Source: Paraspadella gotoi (taxonomy: Eukaryota > Animalia > Chaetognatha). Taken from it: DNA of 64,000 nt. Shown in pieces: positions 62,704 through 64,000 of this stretch. How positions within the stretch are numbered: the stretch's first letter is position 1; every line of letters starts with the position of its first letter. The position numbers and the translations under genes were made by a program. Where the stretch lies: assembly GCA_051294375.1 (NCBI GenBank), contig CM119265.1:8254772-8318771 (forward strand), written 5' to 3'. The notes under the pieces are model-generated. The model saw nothing but the letters and a program-made list of their open reading frames with translations. It ran no database searches and had not been told where the DNA came from.

Positions 62704-64000
62704 AATTAAGTAAATGTTTCTCCTGATACTATGTCGACAAATGTGATGGACAACAATCAAGATCAATAAAATCTCTTCGTTTTTGCAGCTCTTGCCTATT
62801 CAACTACTTTTCAAATAATGTTAACTTTTTTATAGCTCAAATCGGTGATTGGGAGCTATTTTAATGATGTTCAGATTCAAACTAAACTAGTAATATTATA
62901 AATTCATTTTTTTAAAGATTTAATCGTTTATCACAGTTATACCTGCTTTGCATCAAAAATGAATAAATTGCAATAAAAAAAATCAAAAATCCATATCTCA
63001 GTATTCATATACAATTTACATACATTCATAAATCAAGGCTTCACTAGTTTCAATGCTCACTTTTTCGTTATTGTCATAGCGTTCTTTCAAAAGCATCGCA
63101 AATTGTTAAAATTTTAACTTAAGTCTTAAATAACAATAGTTTAGATAAAAAAAGATCGTACTTTCATCAAAAGTGCAATACAAAATTATTTTGATACCCT
63201 AAAGTTTACGTTTTTTATAAAAAAAAAAGATGTAGCCCTGTGTAACGAATCTAAGCCTTCTATGCATTCATTAGTAGCCTAAAAAGCTTATAAATGAAAA
63301 TAAGGACTTAGATCATACTTAATACAAGGGCTTTTATGATGGCATTTACATTATAACTAGGCTTTAATTAATATCAGTATATGGGCATTAATGTAGGCTT
63401 ACTATATTCAAGCTTTGAAACCATTCAACCTTGCATTTAGTAATGAAACTTCTAGTATTGTTGTTATTGCTTTGTATGTAATTTTTTTAATACGCTTTGC
63501 TTCAATTTTACAATTTACATAAATGGTCATTCATTAGATTTAGTCTTTGGTGCTAAAAAAAAATTAAAAAAAGCTGCTAAAGTTTTATTTTCTTATATGA
63601 ACTCCGCATGTTTAGTGTTATAGGCCTGGTCATAGTCAAGAATGAAAGAAATCTTGGCTGAACGGAATTTGAGTGGCTAATCCAACTGAATCCGCATTTA
63701 GTTAAATATACAATATATATAAGTTCAAAATTTCATTAATAGCATTATTTAAAACAAAATCTATTTAAAACTAGGGCAGAAAGTATCTTTTAACCTTGTG
63801 TTGTATAGATGCTTCCTGTATTTCCAGAAGACAACACTAACATCCCTCTCCCCATTACATTATAAAAGAATATACTTTATATAAAAAATATAATTAATTC
63901 CAATATATATTGAAATATATTAAATTTTTAAATTTTAATAAATAAATAATTAATTTTCTACCTCAAACATTTAACGCAACGAAAACAAGAAAAAAAAATC

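Noticed and set aside
62704-64000. Possible features in the AT-rich right end
   Set aside because: No credible ORF or RNA motif; only a short repeat (ACATCCCTCTCCCCATTACAT, similar to ~61172-61192).

Overview
Gene-dense eukaryotic (invertebrate animal-like) genomic DNA: GC/CpG-rich exons, short AT-rich GT-AG introns, and two scaffold N-gaps. About 22 consecutive genes from ~57.0 kb down to ~0.9 kb all lie on the minus strand. In transcription order they are PARG, RINT1, NAA10, RNF41, a C2H2-ZF, an unknown coiled-coil ORF, PGAP3, QTRT2, NUBPL, NMNAT, a 41-aa smORF, TSR3, a stefin cystatin, a DEAD-box helicase, SPOP-like, KIF3B, LSM7, an RRM-F-box-LRR gene, EMRE/SMDT1, MYT1-like, a divergent VDAC and a second C2H2-ZF. 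Many stop-to-start gaps are only ~130-380 bp and carry pyrimidine-rich AG acceptors just before the ATG, which suggests SL trans-spliced polycistronic operons. The only intact plus-strand genes are an astacin/ShK protease nested in a KIF3B intron and a dual-specificity phosphatase at the right end. The non-coding space holds two foldback elements with minimal hammerhead-ribozyme motifs in both arms (Penelope-like), a 1.3-kb non-autonomous LTR element, a tRNA-derived SINE-like repeat, several MITEs, a Tc1 relic, a high-copy hairpin-ended repeat and an unexplained, highly structured ~350-nt intronic element. Gene models and coordinates were read by eye, so internal exon boundaries and some starts are approximate. 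The species cannot be identified from the sequence alone.
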